This document shows positions 9,787 to 21,634 of a stretch of DNA of 54,438 bases, piece by piece. The notes beneath the pieces are model-generated. The model was not told the DNA's origin. It did not search any database and saw only the letters and a program-made list of their open reading frames with translations. The DNA comes from Basidiobolus meristosporus CBS 931.73 (taxonomy: Eukaryota; Fungi; Basidiobolomycota), in the NCBI GenBank assembly GCA_002104905.1, contig MCFE01000601.1:1-54438 (forward strand). Reading direction: 5' to 3'. Position numbers and translations under genes: made by a program. The number at the start of each line of letters is the position of its first letter. The first letter of the stretch is position 1.

Positions 9787-11172
9787 TTAAAATGACAGTT
9801 GCTTAAGATTTCGGGACAATATTATGTCGTTCACAGAAGCCATGATGTGCCTGATTTGGGAGGTATCGGTGGCGTAGGTAAGATGGGAGTATATCACTTT
9901 CTCGGGGGACCGGTTCAGGCTTTCGAACCTCATTGTGAAGTAAGCGCTGGTCCGATTGAAGCTGTCGTTTGGACCTACCGAAGGGTTATTGCCAGGTTGT
10001 TGGCATTCATGTGCAAGCGCCTTACCTTTGTAGTCGGGGAAGTACTTTGACACTGGGCTATGCTTGATCTTCTCTCGAAAGAGGTCGATTTTGTTTAGGA
10101 ATAGAATGACCGAGGTTCGTTCAAACCAGTAAGAGTTACAGATGGAGTCGAACAGCATGAGTGCCTCATGCATACGGTTCTAGCCGAAGAGATTAACGTT
10201 GGGACCACGTGCGGTGGGATCACTGAACTCACCGTGTCGCGGTCTTCAGCTAGCGTCTGGTCATATCCACTAATGGCTACCAGGAAGAGCAGCGCAGTAA
10301 CATTTTCGAAACAATGGATCCATTTCTTTCGTTCGGAGCGCTGGCCACCCACGTCTACCATACTATGATTACGTTAATCCTGGGTATCTCATTCGGAGCA
10401 TACAACCTACCGATATGTCAATGGGCTCATGTCAAACACAGTCTCGGAGATCCCGGTGGTTTTGATCCTTGCATAGAGGATATCCTGATCCGAAGGAGAG
10501 TAATTCGATCTTGACAGTCGATCCAGCGACTCGAAGTAGCTGTGAATGATTGGTGAGCAAGTAGCAAGATAAGGTTTGCGATCACTTACTATATGGCATT
10601 GTCGTCAAGCTGATATAGGTTTGCTTTTTGGTAGCATGATTGGGCTCCAGCATCCTGCCATATGGCTCTCATTCCATCAAGATATTCCTGGGGGTATAGG
10701 TCACCACTGTCTAGTTCCGGGATCTCCTCAAAAAGCGGAATGTATCTCTACATAACGGATCGATAAGGAGGGACCTTTTGGATACAGAGTGGATGTTGAG
10801 CTTACTGCGTTTTCTTGGTTGCTGAGCGGGATATGGAGCACTTCCATCCCGAGAAGAAGATCTCGGATGGCCTGAGCGGCATTACGGAAGATGACTGTTC
10901 TGTATACCTCGCGCTCTTGGCTCGTAAAGCCATAATTGTGGATGAGACGCATCTGCTTCAAAATTGTGGATTTACCGGATTCCCCCGCGCCTGAGCAGAA
11001 AGCCAGTGTCAGTCCGCTGTTCTAGTCCAAAGGCAACCTCCCTCAACCTACCTAGTAGCAGTATCTTGATCTCGCTCTTTGCCCGCTTTGCTTCCGCTCT
11101 GAGCTGCTTCTCGATCAACCTTGTTTTCTGCTGCTCCTCTGATATCGATGGAGTGACAAAGCAATTCCCCAT
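9787..11172 (-). CDS. Heterotrimeric G-protein alpha subunit (paralogue 1), 7 exons
   Basis: MGNCF lipidation start, LLLG|[49 protein letters not shown] and C-terminus NLKQLSF. Six GT-AG introns join the exons in frame. Confidence 0.95.
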
Positions 11173-12046
11173 AATGGAACGATGTCGGATGAAAAAGATA
11201 TGGTTTTGGTTGGGAGGAGAATATCCGAAGAAGACAACCCTGTTATGGCTTTGGTTGGGAGAGGAATATCCAAAGAAGCACTATTCAGTCAACAAATGTG
11301 AGGCATGGATATCGAGTGGTGGAATATGCGGCTGCTCTTATGGTAAAACGAAAAAAGGAAAACAGGGCAATCCACCATTGGCTAACATTTGGCATCGAAC
11401 ACGATCGTTTGTAATGGAATTCCCACTGTAAAGTATATACTGACTAAGGCCGTGGGAATTTAATGAAGCCTTGGTAGGCTTGACTCCTTTCTCCACGAGT
11501 TATCAACGTGTCTAGAGAACATTGTGGCACAAGTTTTGCAGTTTATATATCCAAACGCTCTACTCAAACTAGTTTGTATCTATCCATGAGCCACCACCTG
11601 GCTTGGGTGCCTACGCAGTATTATAAATCAGCAGTGAAAACGAGCCTACTTAGTATAGATCAGACACTGAATAGGGAGTACTTGGATATGCAAGTGGAGG
11701 GAACCTTGGATTGACCAGACTACTCAAAAAAGCTAAACTTCGATGGTGTGTAACGACATCCACTTGACGTTCGGTGTTCGTAAACTGGGGGAATCGAATT
11801 CTAGAAACGGATGCTGCATCTGTTGGACGTGCTTGGACGTTGATACTCGAAATATTCGGAATCGAGATCTTGGTGGAGAGGAATGAGTGGTCCAATTCCT
11901 TACGAAACCTGGTGGGAGAATGATGTCAGGGGATCAAGATACCATTTTGATGATTAATTCAATGTCGCCTGGATTGCGGAAAGATACGGTCTCTTTTATT
12001 CCAAGAAAATTGATTTTATATTTGCTTCACTACTTTCTTCCTAGAC

Positions 12047-12694
12047 ATGAATTCTGTCCGAGTGATTCGGTCCGCTCTACCTGCTTTCGCTGAAGCCTCA
12101 ACTTTCCACAGCAAGACCTCCCTTTGTGCTCGTCTGATTCACACCACACCTAAAAGAGGCAACTTCTTCGGACAGCCGCCTAAGCCTCAACAAGATGAAC
12201 AGGCCCAATACGTAAATCTCGTAAACAGCCGTTTCTTCGCTTTGCATAGGCCATTGCTGAGCGTCAATGGCTCCAATAGCTTTTTAAACCCAGAGGGTAA
12301 ATATTCGCACCACCTATAGCTATCCTTTTTCCTTCTCCCACCAACCTTACTGGATTTCTTAGCCATTCTCCCCGCCACCCCGCCAATGCCAGCCGACGAG
12401 TTCGACAACAACCTCGATTCAGAGCTGCCGGAGGAGTCGGTAACCAACTTCTCGACCATACCAGAGTATGTCCGGCTGGGCCCTTTCGCGGGTACGGTTT
12501 TACCGCCGCCCAGTTTATTTCTGAACGACTCCCCGCAGGAGGCTGGTCTTGATCAGTTCTTCGAGAATATACAACGCAAATACGCCGAGCCCTCCTCGAG
12601 CTCGAATCCACCTGAACAATCGCAAAGCTCAAGCGAAGCCAAGCTAGAGCTCAACGAGTCGGACTGCAAACTGGTCAAAAACTCTGAGAATTAG
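12047..12694 (+). CDS. Probable mitochondrial protein with FFALHRP motif (resembles the N-terminal part of fungal mS38/Cox24-like proteins)
   Basis: ORFs 12047 and 12386 are in the same frame. A 66-nt GT-AG intron (12297-12362) removes the intervening TAG. The N-terminus looks like a presequence. Family assignment rests on short motifs only. Confidence 0.55.
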
Positions 12695-12932
12695 CAGAGC
12701 CCCATAGAAATCCCTCTCAACATCCATTAGCATTGAACCACCACCACCCCCTTTCAAGTAACTGACTTTCCCCAATGATTCCTCGCATGCACACCTCCCG
12801 CCCCTCATCCCTAGATTCCGTGCTCATTCACCGTCATCAACTCAACAACAACAACTAATCCGAGTAAAGATATTAAAAAAGCGAAGACTGAGTTTATTTA
12901 CAATGAAAGGTACATGTTCAAACACAAACACA

Positions 12933-14944
12933 CTAGTACAAGCAGATTATGGCTATACCGAGGACCATAATAATGGGCGTCGTCCACAGCGAGTATCTCA
13001 GCCAGATGCGGGATTTGCCAAAGTGAGTACGGATGGAATCGACCGTGCTGAACTTGATGGTTTCCTAGAGGGAGCGAAGTTAGTACCTGTGTCCTGGGAA
13101 GAGCCAACCGAAAGCACTTACGTTCATGGCGAAGCCGACGGCACTACCGGTGAAGAGCAAATTGCTCGTGAGGGCGATGCACCACACCAACAGCCAGATC
13201 AACTTCTGCCCGTAGATCTCGTCGATCATATTCTCCATGAGTGGCAATAGAAGAAGCAGCGTGGCGACCGGACTCAACACGATGTTGAACGACGTGACGA
13301 AAAACACCAGACTCGCCAGCAAGACGATCGGGTTATCGTTGACGGCCAGCTTGCTGCACGCGAGTTTCCATGCATCGATTAGAAGCGGGGTTTCCTGGAT
13401 CCCGCGGATCATGATGAACAGCCCGAAGTAGTATGCAAGTGAGGGGAAGTCCAGATCAGCAAACAAATCGTTGTGGCCATCCCGGTTCTCAACCAACGCG
13501 ATGATCAACGCCACCACCAGCGCCGTCCAACCGACGTGGTTTTCCAGGGCTATCCCGGTGTACATGAACACTATCGCGCTTCCGAAAATGATGCTCCGAT
13601 AGTGGTCCCTCCAGAACTCGAGAAACCCGATAATGGTCTTGTCGAAGAACAGGCCATGCTTCTTACGAGTGGGGGAGTATCTGGAGGAGCAGGGCGACAG
13701 ACAACTGCTGTTCGGCGAGAGACAACTGCTGCTGCTGGGCGAGAACCCAGCTGGTGGGATCAGCAGCGTCGGCGGGGGAGATGGGGGACACCTGGTGCGT
13801 GGGATGGGCAACACCGCAACCGAGGGATCTATCGGGGTGCTTGGTGGGGCGTCGATCGTTTCGTACACGGGGATGCTTTCCGGTGAGGTGGATAAGATCT
13901 CACAGTAGATGGGGACCGGAGAGCCCAGTAGCGGGGTGTCCTCCTTGGCACTGCCGTCATGGATATTGATACAGATGGGCCCCACAGGCTGAGCCTCGAG
14001 CCTTTCATCTATGTATAAGGTGTTTCTGTTCTGCGCAGCCTTTCTGTATTCCTCGGCGATCTTATAAAACTCGGGGGAATTGATGGCGATATGATTGTGC
14101 TCGGCATAACTGGATGCTTGTAAGCGAAAAACCGGGAGTGATCTGCGATAGTACAGCCCGAGAAAGACCGCGTTGACAAGCAGCCCAACGAAGGCAGGGA
14201 TCGACATGCGCAGGAAGTACTGGTTGAAGTCCAGGTCTGCAATCATCTCGTGAGCTAATAAACTGTTGATGTTGCCAACCACACTCGCGATGGAGCCAAT
14301 GTTGCTTGAAGTGACCTGCAGGTGGGCAATGGAGAGATTGGTTATCATTATACTTATGGGGAGGGGGCTGTGAGTAGACTTACGGCTGCCACAGCAAACG
14401 GCTCGATATTTAGGCTGTAGTCTTCACAGAGGGTGATCACCACGGTACAAACATAGACTGCAGATATATCGCTCATAAAGAAAAACCCTAGCAACCCTGA
14501 CAACAGGGAAAGTCGCAGCATCAAGTTGAGTGGGGTTGGCGCCCCCTTCAGTAGGATTTGACGAAAGTAATACACAAAGCCCTAGAACGACAAGTCAGTA
14601 CGGGCCCTTCTAAGCCTTACGGCAGCGGTGAAGTGAGCAGATACCTTGTCGTTGATCCTGGTCATAATTATCATAAAGGCGAACAAGAGTAATAGGGTGC
14701 TTCCGTGCAAACTACTGTAGGCCTCCGCAGGCGTAATGACGTCCAAGGCTACCATGGAGCCACCCGCGATTAAGGAGAATATGGACCGGTTGATGTTCAG
14801 ACCGGCCCTGACTTTGGCGAAAGAGATCAGAGCAATGACGCATATCAATATGGCAGTGTATGTTTGATAGGAATGGTAATCAAGGCGAGGGATTTGGATA
14901 TCCGTGGCTTCCATCATAGTCTCGTGCCCGTGATGGAGGGACAT
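12933..14944 (-). CDS. ArsB/NhaD/CitM (ion transporter superfamily) permease resembling plant Lsi2, 4 exons
   Basis: NRSIFSLIAGGSMVALDVITPAEAYSSL..LLLLFAFMII, FFMSDISAV, SSNIGSIASVVGNIN, VGLLVN..LGLYY, LDFPSLAYYFGLFIMIRG and TSNLLFTGSA match the Lsi2/ArsB layout. Introns at ~14582-14644, 14316-14383 and ~13065-13115. Long Pro/Ser-rich central loop. Confidence 0.8.
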
Positions 14945-15569
14945 AAGAAGTGAGGGTGCTGGGTATGTTCGTAAGAATCTTTATTTCGAAGCTACTGCTC
15001 AAGTAACCAGTCAAAGGAATCGATGGAGCACGAAGAAGTATTAAGTAGGAGTGAATGTGCAGATTGTTGATAAGTCTAGCTAAAATCCATAGAAGCTATA
15101 TGTAGATTTTCCATATTGAATAAATCAAGGAATATTATGAAGAACAAGGTAGTTTTTCCAGCAAATGAGCAGCCCAACCGAATCAGCATGCGAGGTATTC
15201 GGGAATAAAGTGAGATGGTATATAAATAGTCAATCAGCGACATAAAGGACATACCGGCCAAAAGCGAAGCGTCATCCAGCCCAGAATAGTCGCATCCGTG
15301 GTCTAAGAAAGCCAAAACAATGTATGGATTTGCCACCTACTCACCATTCAGGAACGATTTGGGAATGCCAAACATGCTGTTTTCCAAAACCGAAACTTTC
15401 GAAGAACCGGAGGAATTGTCAGGAAGGGTTAGTGAGTGTGGAAAGATCTTTTGTGGAACGTAGGTTGGACGGCGAAATCGGATACAAGTATAAGCTATCA
15501 GTCTAGACAGGTTGGTTAAAATTAACCAGAGTCGTGCTGGAGAATGCTTAAGATTTATTTCGATCATGG

Positions 15570-16628
15570 TTACTGGATTAACGTCTCGCCCAGGTTGCTT
15601 TGTCTTTTGGGAACTCTGGCTACGATGTAGTCCGCCTCTCGCCGCAGCTCGTCGCAGAAATCGTCAATGGGTAGATCGTTCAGATCGTAGCCAAAGGGAT
15701 TTTCGATCTCCGCCCCGATCCCGTCAATCCCGAATAACATGAAGGCCACGATACAGACCATGGGGATCGTCAACCAGTGGAGCTCCTTGACCAGAGTGAA
15801 CGGCAGAGCCCCGCAGTATGCGTAGAGACATTGCTGGAGATGGATATTGTACGCCATGGGGATGGGTGTGCGAAGGATTCTCTCCAAACCACCGAAGCAA
15901 TCCACGATGCCCGAGAGGGCGTTGCTGAGCACGGTGTTCTGCGGCCCCTCGATTTTCTTGGACTTGAATTGCTTCTGGATATACATGCTGACATAAAAGG
16001 CAATCTCCAGGGGCAAGTTGATCCCGGTCTCGGAGTCGATTTCTACGGAGGAGCGATAGTGCGAGAGGTTGTTCGTAGCATAGGTGGCTTTGTAGCGAAG
16101 TCTGGATGTGAATTGAAGCTCAAGGGGCAGCAGCTCCTCGAGCTCCAGATGCGGAGTGTCGTTTTCCCCTCGAAGATGGTGTTTGGTGGCCAAGGCAAAG
16201 GCCAGGAGTAGCTTGATGGCCTGGTCTTTCTCCTTTTGATCGGTGGTATCTTCCTCAACCACTTCTATCCAAAATTGTCGAATGATGTTGCGTATGGAGG
16301 TGCGCAGCGAAGTCCACAAGCGCCTACCCTCGTAGTAACGGTCGTATGCGGTGTTGGTTCTAAACACCAAGAGGAGGCCCACGACCACCGAAAGCGAGGG
16401 CACTAAACGAGCAGCCTGTTAGGGACGGAACATGCAATTGGCCACAGAACACTAACCGATTGCGTTCGGAAGCGCCAGCTGAATCTTCCTCACCTCATAC
16501 AAGTAGACTATTAGCCACGTAAAGGCGGTGATAGCCACGATATGCGGGAAAATGGCCGGGAGTACCGAGCCCTTGAACCTAAACACATCCGGATAGACCA
16601 GGAATCTTTTTTTGGGATAGGGCTCCAT
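15570..16628 (-). CDS. Bestrophin-like channel (UPF0187/YneE family), 334 aa, 2 exons
   Basis: Exon 1 MEPYPKKRFLVYPDVFRFKGSVLPAI; intron 16403-16456; exon 2 VGLLLVFRTNTAYDRYYEGRRLW..ERILRTPIPMAY..GAEIENPFGYDLNDLP. Confidence 0.92.
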
Positions 16629-17102
16629 AGACAGTGTGGTGAGAGGAGCGAAATCCCGTCAAGAGACATTTATATCGCAATATGGGCACATGAGCCAGTG
16701 CCGTTCAACAGGCTTAATGGATTCTGTGAAACAGCAGCTAGTGCATGATGAACTCGAAGCTGGATATTCCTCATCGAACCCCATGATCGCAGCCAATCGA
16801 TGCTGGGCCAACGGGGATTGGTGGCACATATCTCATACTGCAGCACAGATTGGGCCTGGCTACCTGTACACTTGTGGTTGGCAAATAGAAACGAGTAGCG
16901 ACCGAAGAGCTCGCAATACATTTATCAATCGATTTTAATGGATCGCAAAAATGTTGATAAACACGGATTAGAAGGGAGGCAGTGTGAGGACGACGATGTG
17001 AAGCGCAGCAAGGGACCAACGAATTCATCTCTAAAATTATCTACATTTAAATGAATCCTGGCTAAAGGGTAGACATGCGGAGTGGGTGAGAGAGAAGATG
17101 GA

Positions 17103-18178
17103 CTATTTGTGTTTGATTGCCTCGATGAGAGAGCTCATCAACTCGCTTTGCATCTCGAACAGCTTCCTAGACTCCGCCTCCCTGGCACAGCGCTTCTCTT
17201 CCCGCAGCCTCTCCTTCTCCTCTTGGGATTTCTGATGATCGATATGGGTCTGCTCACGATACTGCCGTGTAGCCTCTCTGCGCCTGGCCTCTCTCTCGTC
17301 CCTGGCGATCAAGTGGTGCAACAAGCTCTGGATTTCTTCGGCAAACTTGCGCTTCTTGCTGCCCTCCGAGTCGAAGTCATCGTCAGACTCGGACTCGTCC
17401 GAATCTCTGTCGTGCTTGTTCCAATTGGAGTTGGCTCGGTTGAGCTCGTACGAACGCAAGGAATTCATCGACAACGAAGGGGAGCCTGTACGATCCTCCC
17501 CCTCCAACCCAGCGAAATTCCCCGACAGGAGCAGCTTCATGTCAGCGAAGTAGTCGAAGTTCGCGACTGCCTCTGGATCCTCCGAGTTGTTAACAAAGCA
17601 TTGCTAAGAGGCAACAAAATCGGTTAATAAAAGCTATCCGGGGCCGAAACCAACCAACTCGAGCCAACCTTATATTTGGCCATGAGCACTCGGACTCGAC
17701 TCTTGCACATGGTGGCTGTACGGTTGAAGCCGGCGTGCTGAAGCTCTCCAGCCACCTTCTCCCACACCGACATATTTCTCTTGTGCTTCTTGAGTCTTGG
17801 ATAGTACTTCTTCCACTTCTCGATAAGCAATTGTGTCTCACGGTGTTGCCAATTCTCCGAACGCTCTCGCTTCAGCGAGGTGCGCTCGTGATCCACCGAG
17901 CCGGGCGTGGTCACGGAATCTCTGAACTTGTCGGCCCTGTTGGAGATTGGGGTGGTGAACTTTTCGTTGTGGTTCAGCCCGGTGTCTGGATGTGGCGAGG
18001 GAGGCAAATGGGCGCTGTATTCCATCGGCTCGCCCCTGGCGAGAAGCTTGCCATCCGTATCAAAAGGGAGCGCGGTGTGGATGTGGGCCATGTGTGTGTC
18101 CTCTAACGTAGGCTGGCCTACAGATACCACTGCTTCGTATAGTTCATTTCCGAACGGTGCTGAATCCTGGCCTGACAT
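17103..18178 (-). CDS. Myb/SANT-like trihelix DNA-binding protein with C-terminal coiled coil, ~336 aa
   Basis: WQHRETQLLIEKW..WEKVAGELQHAGFNRTATMCKSRVRVLMAKYK, intron 17604-17668, then FDYFADMKLLL, an acidic linker and an E/R/K-rich coil. Confidence 0.8.
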
Positions 18179-18548
18179 AAGTACTATTATATAATAAGCA
18201 GTTTAATAGGAATCTATATAAATTAAAGGAGAGGAGAAAATTTCTGCTCAAGGGGAGAAGGATCCTGCTAAAAGACCACACCTCATCCATCGCACCACAA
18301 ATAAAAATGGCGGGTAGAAAAAAAAAGTCATCCATGGAGATTGGATGAAGGATGAAAGATGGATGATACATGATCCACCCATGACATGATCTGAACACAG
18401 GTTTAATGATGATTGTGGTGAGGGGGGACTGTTGGCCGATTATAGCAAATACCATTGTTGGCCATTCCAGCTGCAATTCTACTGTGCTAAATCGTTGACC
18501 GTCCTAGCTGCGATTCTACGTCGTCAAGACTAAATATAGAAAGCCCCT

Positions 18549-19857
18549 TTAAACAAGCCCGCACTCCTCCAGATTTTTCTGCACCAGGATGTCCCGCACC
18601 GCTGCCATCACGAACTTCACTTGCTCAGTGTCGGTGGCGCAGGTCAGGTGGGAATAAACCTGTTTGTTGGCTGCTTGGACCAGCGCCGTAAACCGCTTCG
18701 TGATGTACTCGCAAGCACTTGCATAGTTGGAGCCACCTAGAGGCACAGGTCAAAAAGAAAGCCAAACCACCCCGACCAAAGGAGAAACACTCGCGTACCT
18801 TCGTAGTTCGGAAAGCACTTACGCAGCGGGGAGGAGACCAGCTTTTCCTTGAAGAGGTCGATCTTGTTGAGGAACAGGATGATGGAGGTTTTCTTGAACC
18901 AGCCCGAGTTGCAGATGGAGTCGAACAGGGTGAGCGCCTCGTGCACACGATTCTGGTGAAGGCGAGGGAACGGGGTTAGCGGCACACGTGACATGAGCAC
19001 GACCTCGAGTCCATCTTACCACCGAGTGGTCTTCATCCAACGTCTGGTCGTATTCGCTGATGGCGACTAGAAACAGAATGGCCGTGACGTTCTCGAAGCA
19101 GTGGATCCATTTTTTCCGCTCAGAGCGTTGCCCGCCCACGTCCAACAGCCGGTAGGTAAGGTTGCCTTCTTTGAAGGTTGTCTCGGCGATGCCGGTTGTC
19201 TTGATTCTGGAGCGCAGGATATCTTGGTCGGTGGGGAGATAGTGTGGCTTTGAGATCCTATCAAGTTGGTCGAAGTAGCTGACCCGAGGGGGTTAGATCG
19301 AGAGGTTGGGTCGGGGTGTGCGGGGTCAGAGACTTACTACTTCGCGGAATCGTATAGCTGGTATTCCGCGGACCTTCTGAAACAAGCCTGGACTCCAGGG
19401 TCAGTCCAGAGGGAGGAGATGTGGTTGAAGGTTTCGGGGGCGACCGGTTGATCAATCTCCAGCTGTAGATGGGTGATGTAGTCTGCGGCAGCCGCGTTCT
19501 TCTCGTTGCCCAGAGAAATGTTCAGGCCATTCATGGCGGTCAGGATGACCTTCATGGAATGGACCACGTTTGATGAGATGATGTTTCGGTAGGTGTCCCG
19601 CTCGCACTGATCGTACCCGTTGTTGTGGATCAGCTTCATCTGACGGAAGATCGTGCTTTTGCCAGACTCGCCTGCGCCTGGGGAGTGAAGCCATGTTAGC
19701 ACGCGACTCGCCGCGGGGGTTTACCCACCTCAACAATACCTAGCAAGAGCATTTTGATCTCATTCTTTTGGGACAGCCTGTCCTTTTTGATCAGATTCTC
19801 GATCTCATCGTGCTTTCGCTTTTCGTCCAAATTGTCGTGGCTGATGCAGCACCCCAT
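18549..19857 (-). CDS. Heterotrimeric G-protein alpha subunit, Gi-like (paralogue 2), 5 exons
   Basis: MGCCIS start, LLLG|[40 protein letters not shown] and C-terminus NLEECGLV with Cys at -4, as in the Gi class. Confidence 0.95.
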
Positions 19858-20321
19858 GCGGCGTTGAGTTAGGGTCGGTTTGGGATCTGTCGAGTGGGAG
19901 GGTGGTCTTTTATATGGGTTCGGTGATGCAGCTGAGAGCGGCCTCGATACAAATGGAGCTGGGGGTGCGGACTTGGGCTTACAATGATCTGGTTATAATG
20001 CAGGGAGTAGATTAGTGTCTCCGGACTTATTTATGTGGGCAGAGACGCTAGCTCAGGTGATTATAATTACCACGATCCATTGTGCCATAGGAAGAGAATG
20101 GCAATCGGCGAAGTCCAGCAAGTGCCTGATCGCTCCCAATAAGCAGTCATTGAAACATCGCTGGCGAATAGCAGATGGGAGAGAAAAAAATCGAACGGAG
20201 GATCGCTCACCCCACTTTGGGGAGAGAAAAAATGGCCATCGGTATAAATGTTTTTGGCCCCGAATGACGGTGCCCCCTCTTTACTCAACGGAATCTTCGA
20301 TCCCCTCGTGCGTCCGTTAAA

Positions 20322-21272
20322 ATGGTAAGCATCAGTACACGCTTGATGGATGGATGGATGGTTATTGATGGCATTCTCTTTATGTAGCCTTTCGTCAAGC
20401 TCGTCAAGAACAAGGCTTACTTCAAGCGCTTCCAAGTCAAGTACAGAAGAAGAAGAGAGGGAAAGACTGACTACTACGCTCGTAAGAGACTCGTCGTCCA
20501 AGCCAAGAACAAGTACAACTCCCCCAAGTACAGATTGGTCGTCCGTTTCACCAACAGCGATGTCATCTGCCAAATCGTCTACGCCAAGATCCAAGGTGAC
20601 TTCGTCTTGGCCTCTGCCTACTCTCACGAGTTGCCCAAGTACGGTGTCAAGGTTGGTTTGACCAACTACTCCGCTGCTTACTGCACTGGTCTCCTTGTTG
20701 CTCGTCGTGTTTTGACCAAGCTCGGTCTCGCCGACAAGTACCAAGGTGTTGAGGAGGCTGACGGTACCATCTCTCTCGTTGAAGAGCTCGAGGATGCTCC
20801 TCGTCCCTTCAAGGCCTTCCTTGATGTTGGTTTGAAGCGCACCACCACTGGTTCCCGTGTCTTCGCTGCCCTCAAGGGTGCTTCCGACGGTGGTATCTTC
20901 ATTCCTCACTCCGAGAACCGTTTCCCCGGTTACGATGCCGAATCCAAGTCTTTGGACTCCGAGGTTCTTCGTAGCTACCTCTATGGTGGCCACGTCGCCG
21001 AATACATGAGCTACCTCGCCGAAGAAGATGAGGACAAGTACAAGCGTCAATTCGCCAAGTACCTCGAGGCCGGTATCAACGAGGACAACGTCGAGGAGAT
21101 GTACGAGGCTGCCCACCAAAAGATCCGTGAGGATCCCACCTTCACTCCCACCGAGAAGAAGAAGCCTGCCGAGGGTGAGAAGACCAAGCGTTTCCGCAAG
21201 GCCAAGCTTAACCTCAAGCAACGCCGCAACAAGGTTGAGCAAAAGAAGGCCGCCTTCGCTCGTGCTCAATAA
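20322..21272 (+). CDS. RPL5: 60S ribosomal protein L5 (uL18), 295 aa
   Basis: ATG-only first exon, intron 20325-20387, then [79 protein letters not shown]. Strong high-expression codon bias. Confidence 0.98.
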
Positions 21273-21634
21273 ATGCATCTTCATTGATCTGTGTCCGATA
21301 ATAAACATCAATAGGTCAAAACAACTGGCGCAACCCATTTCATTAGAAACAAGTAATATTCGCTGCTCGTAATCTGACTCGTCTGATTTCCAACGTCTGG
21401 CACGCAGGGGCAAGGGTTCATTAATGGACGGCATTTTGAATGGCATTTTCTGGATGTGTCAGTTGCCTCAGTTATTACGACCCGGTCTTGATTTACCTGG
21501 TTTAGATCCGGTTGATTCACACGACTTCTCTTCTTCACCACATCAAACATCCAGGGGTGATGACTCAATTGACTTGGAAGGGTATATATGTGGTCCTAGC
21601 CAGCTGTCAGTAGCGAACGTTCTCCTTCAGACTG

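Noticed and set aside
17082-17627. Plus-strand ORFs opposite the trihelix, bestrophin and transporter genes (e.g. 17082-17627, 15777-16211, 13473-13886)
   Set aside because: They are antisense shadows of well-supported genes in GC-rich coding DNA.
20345-20362. (GATG)n run in the RPL5 intron as a snoRNA
   Set aside because: The intron is only 63 nt and lacks paired C/D or H/ACA boxes. It is a simple microsatellite.
20067-21446. 459-aa minus-strand ORF
   Set aside because: It is the antisense shadow of RPL5. Strong codon bias leaves the opposite strand stop-free, and there is no independent coding signal.
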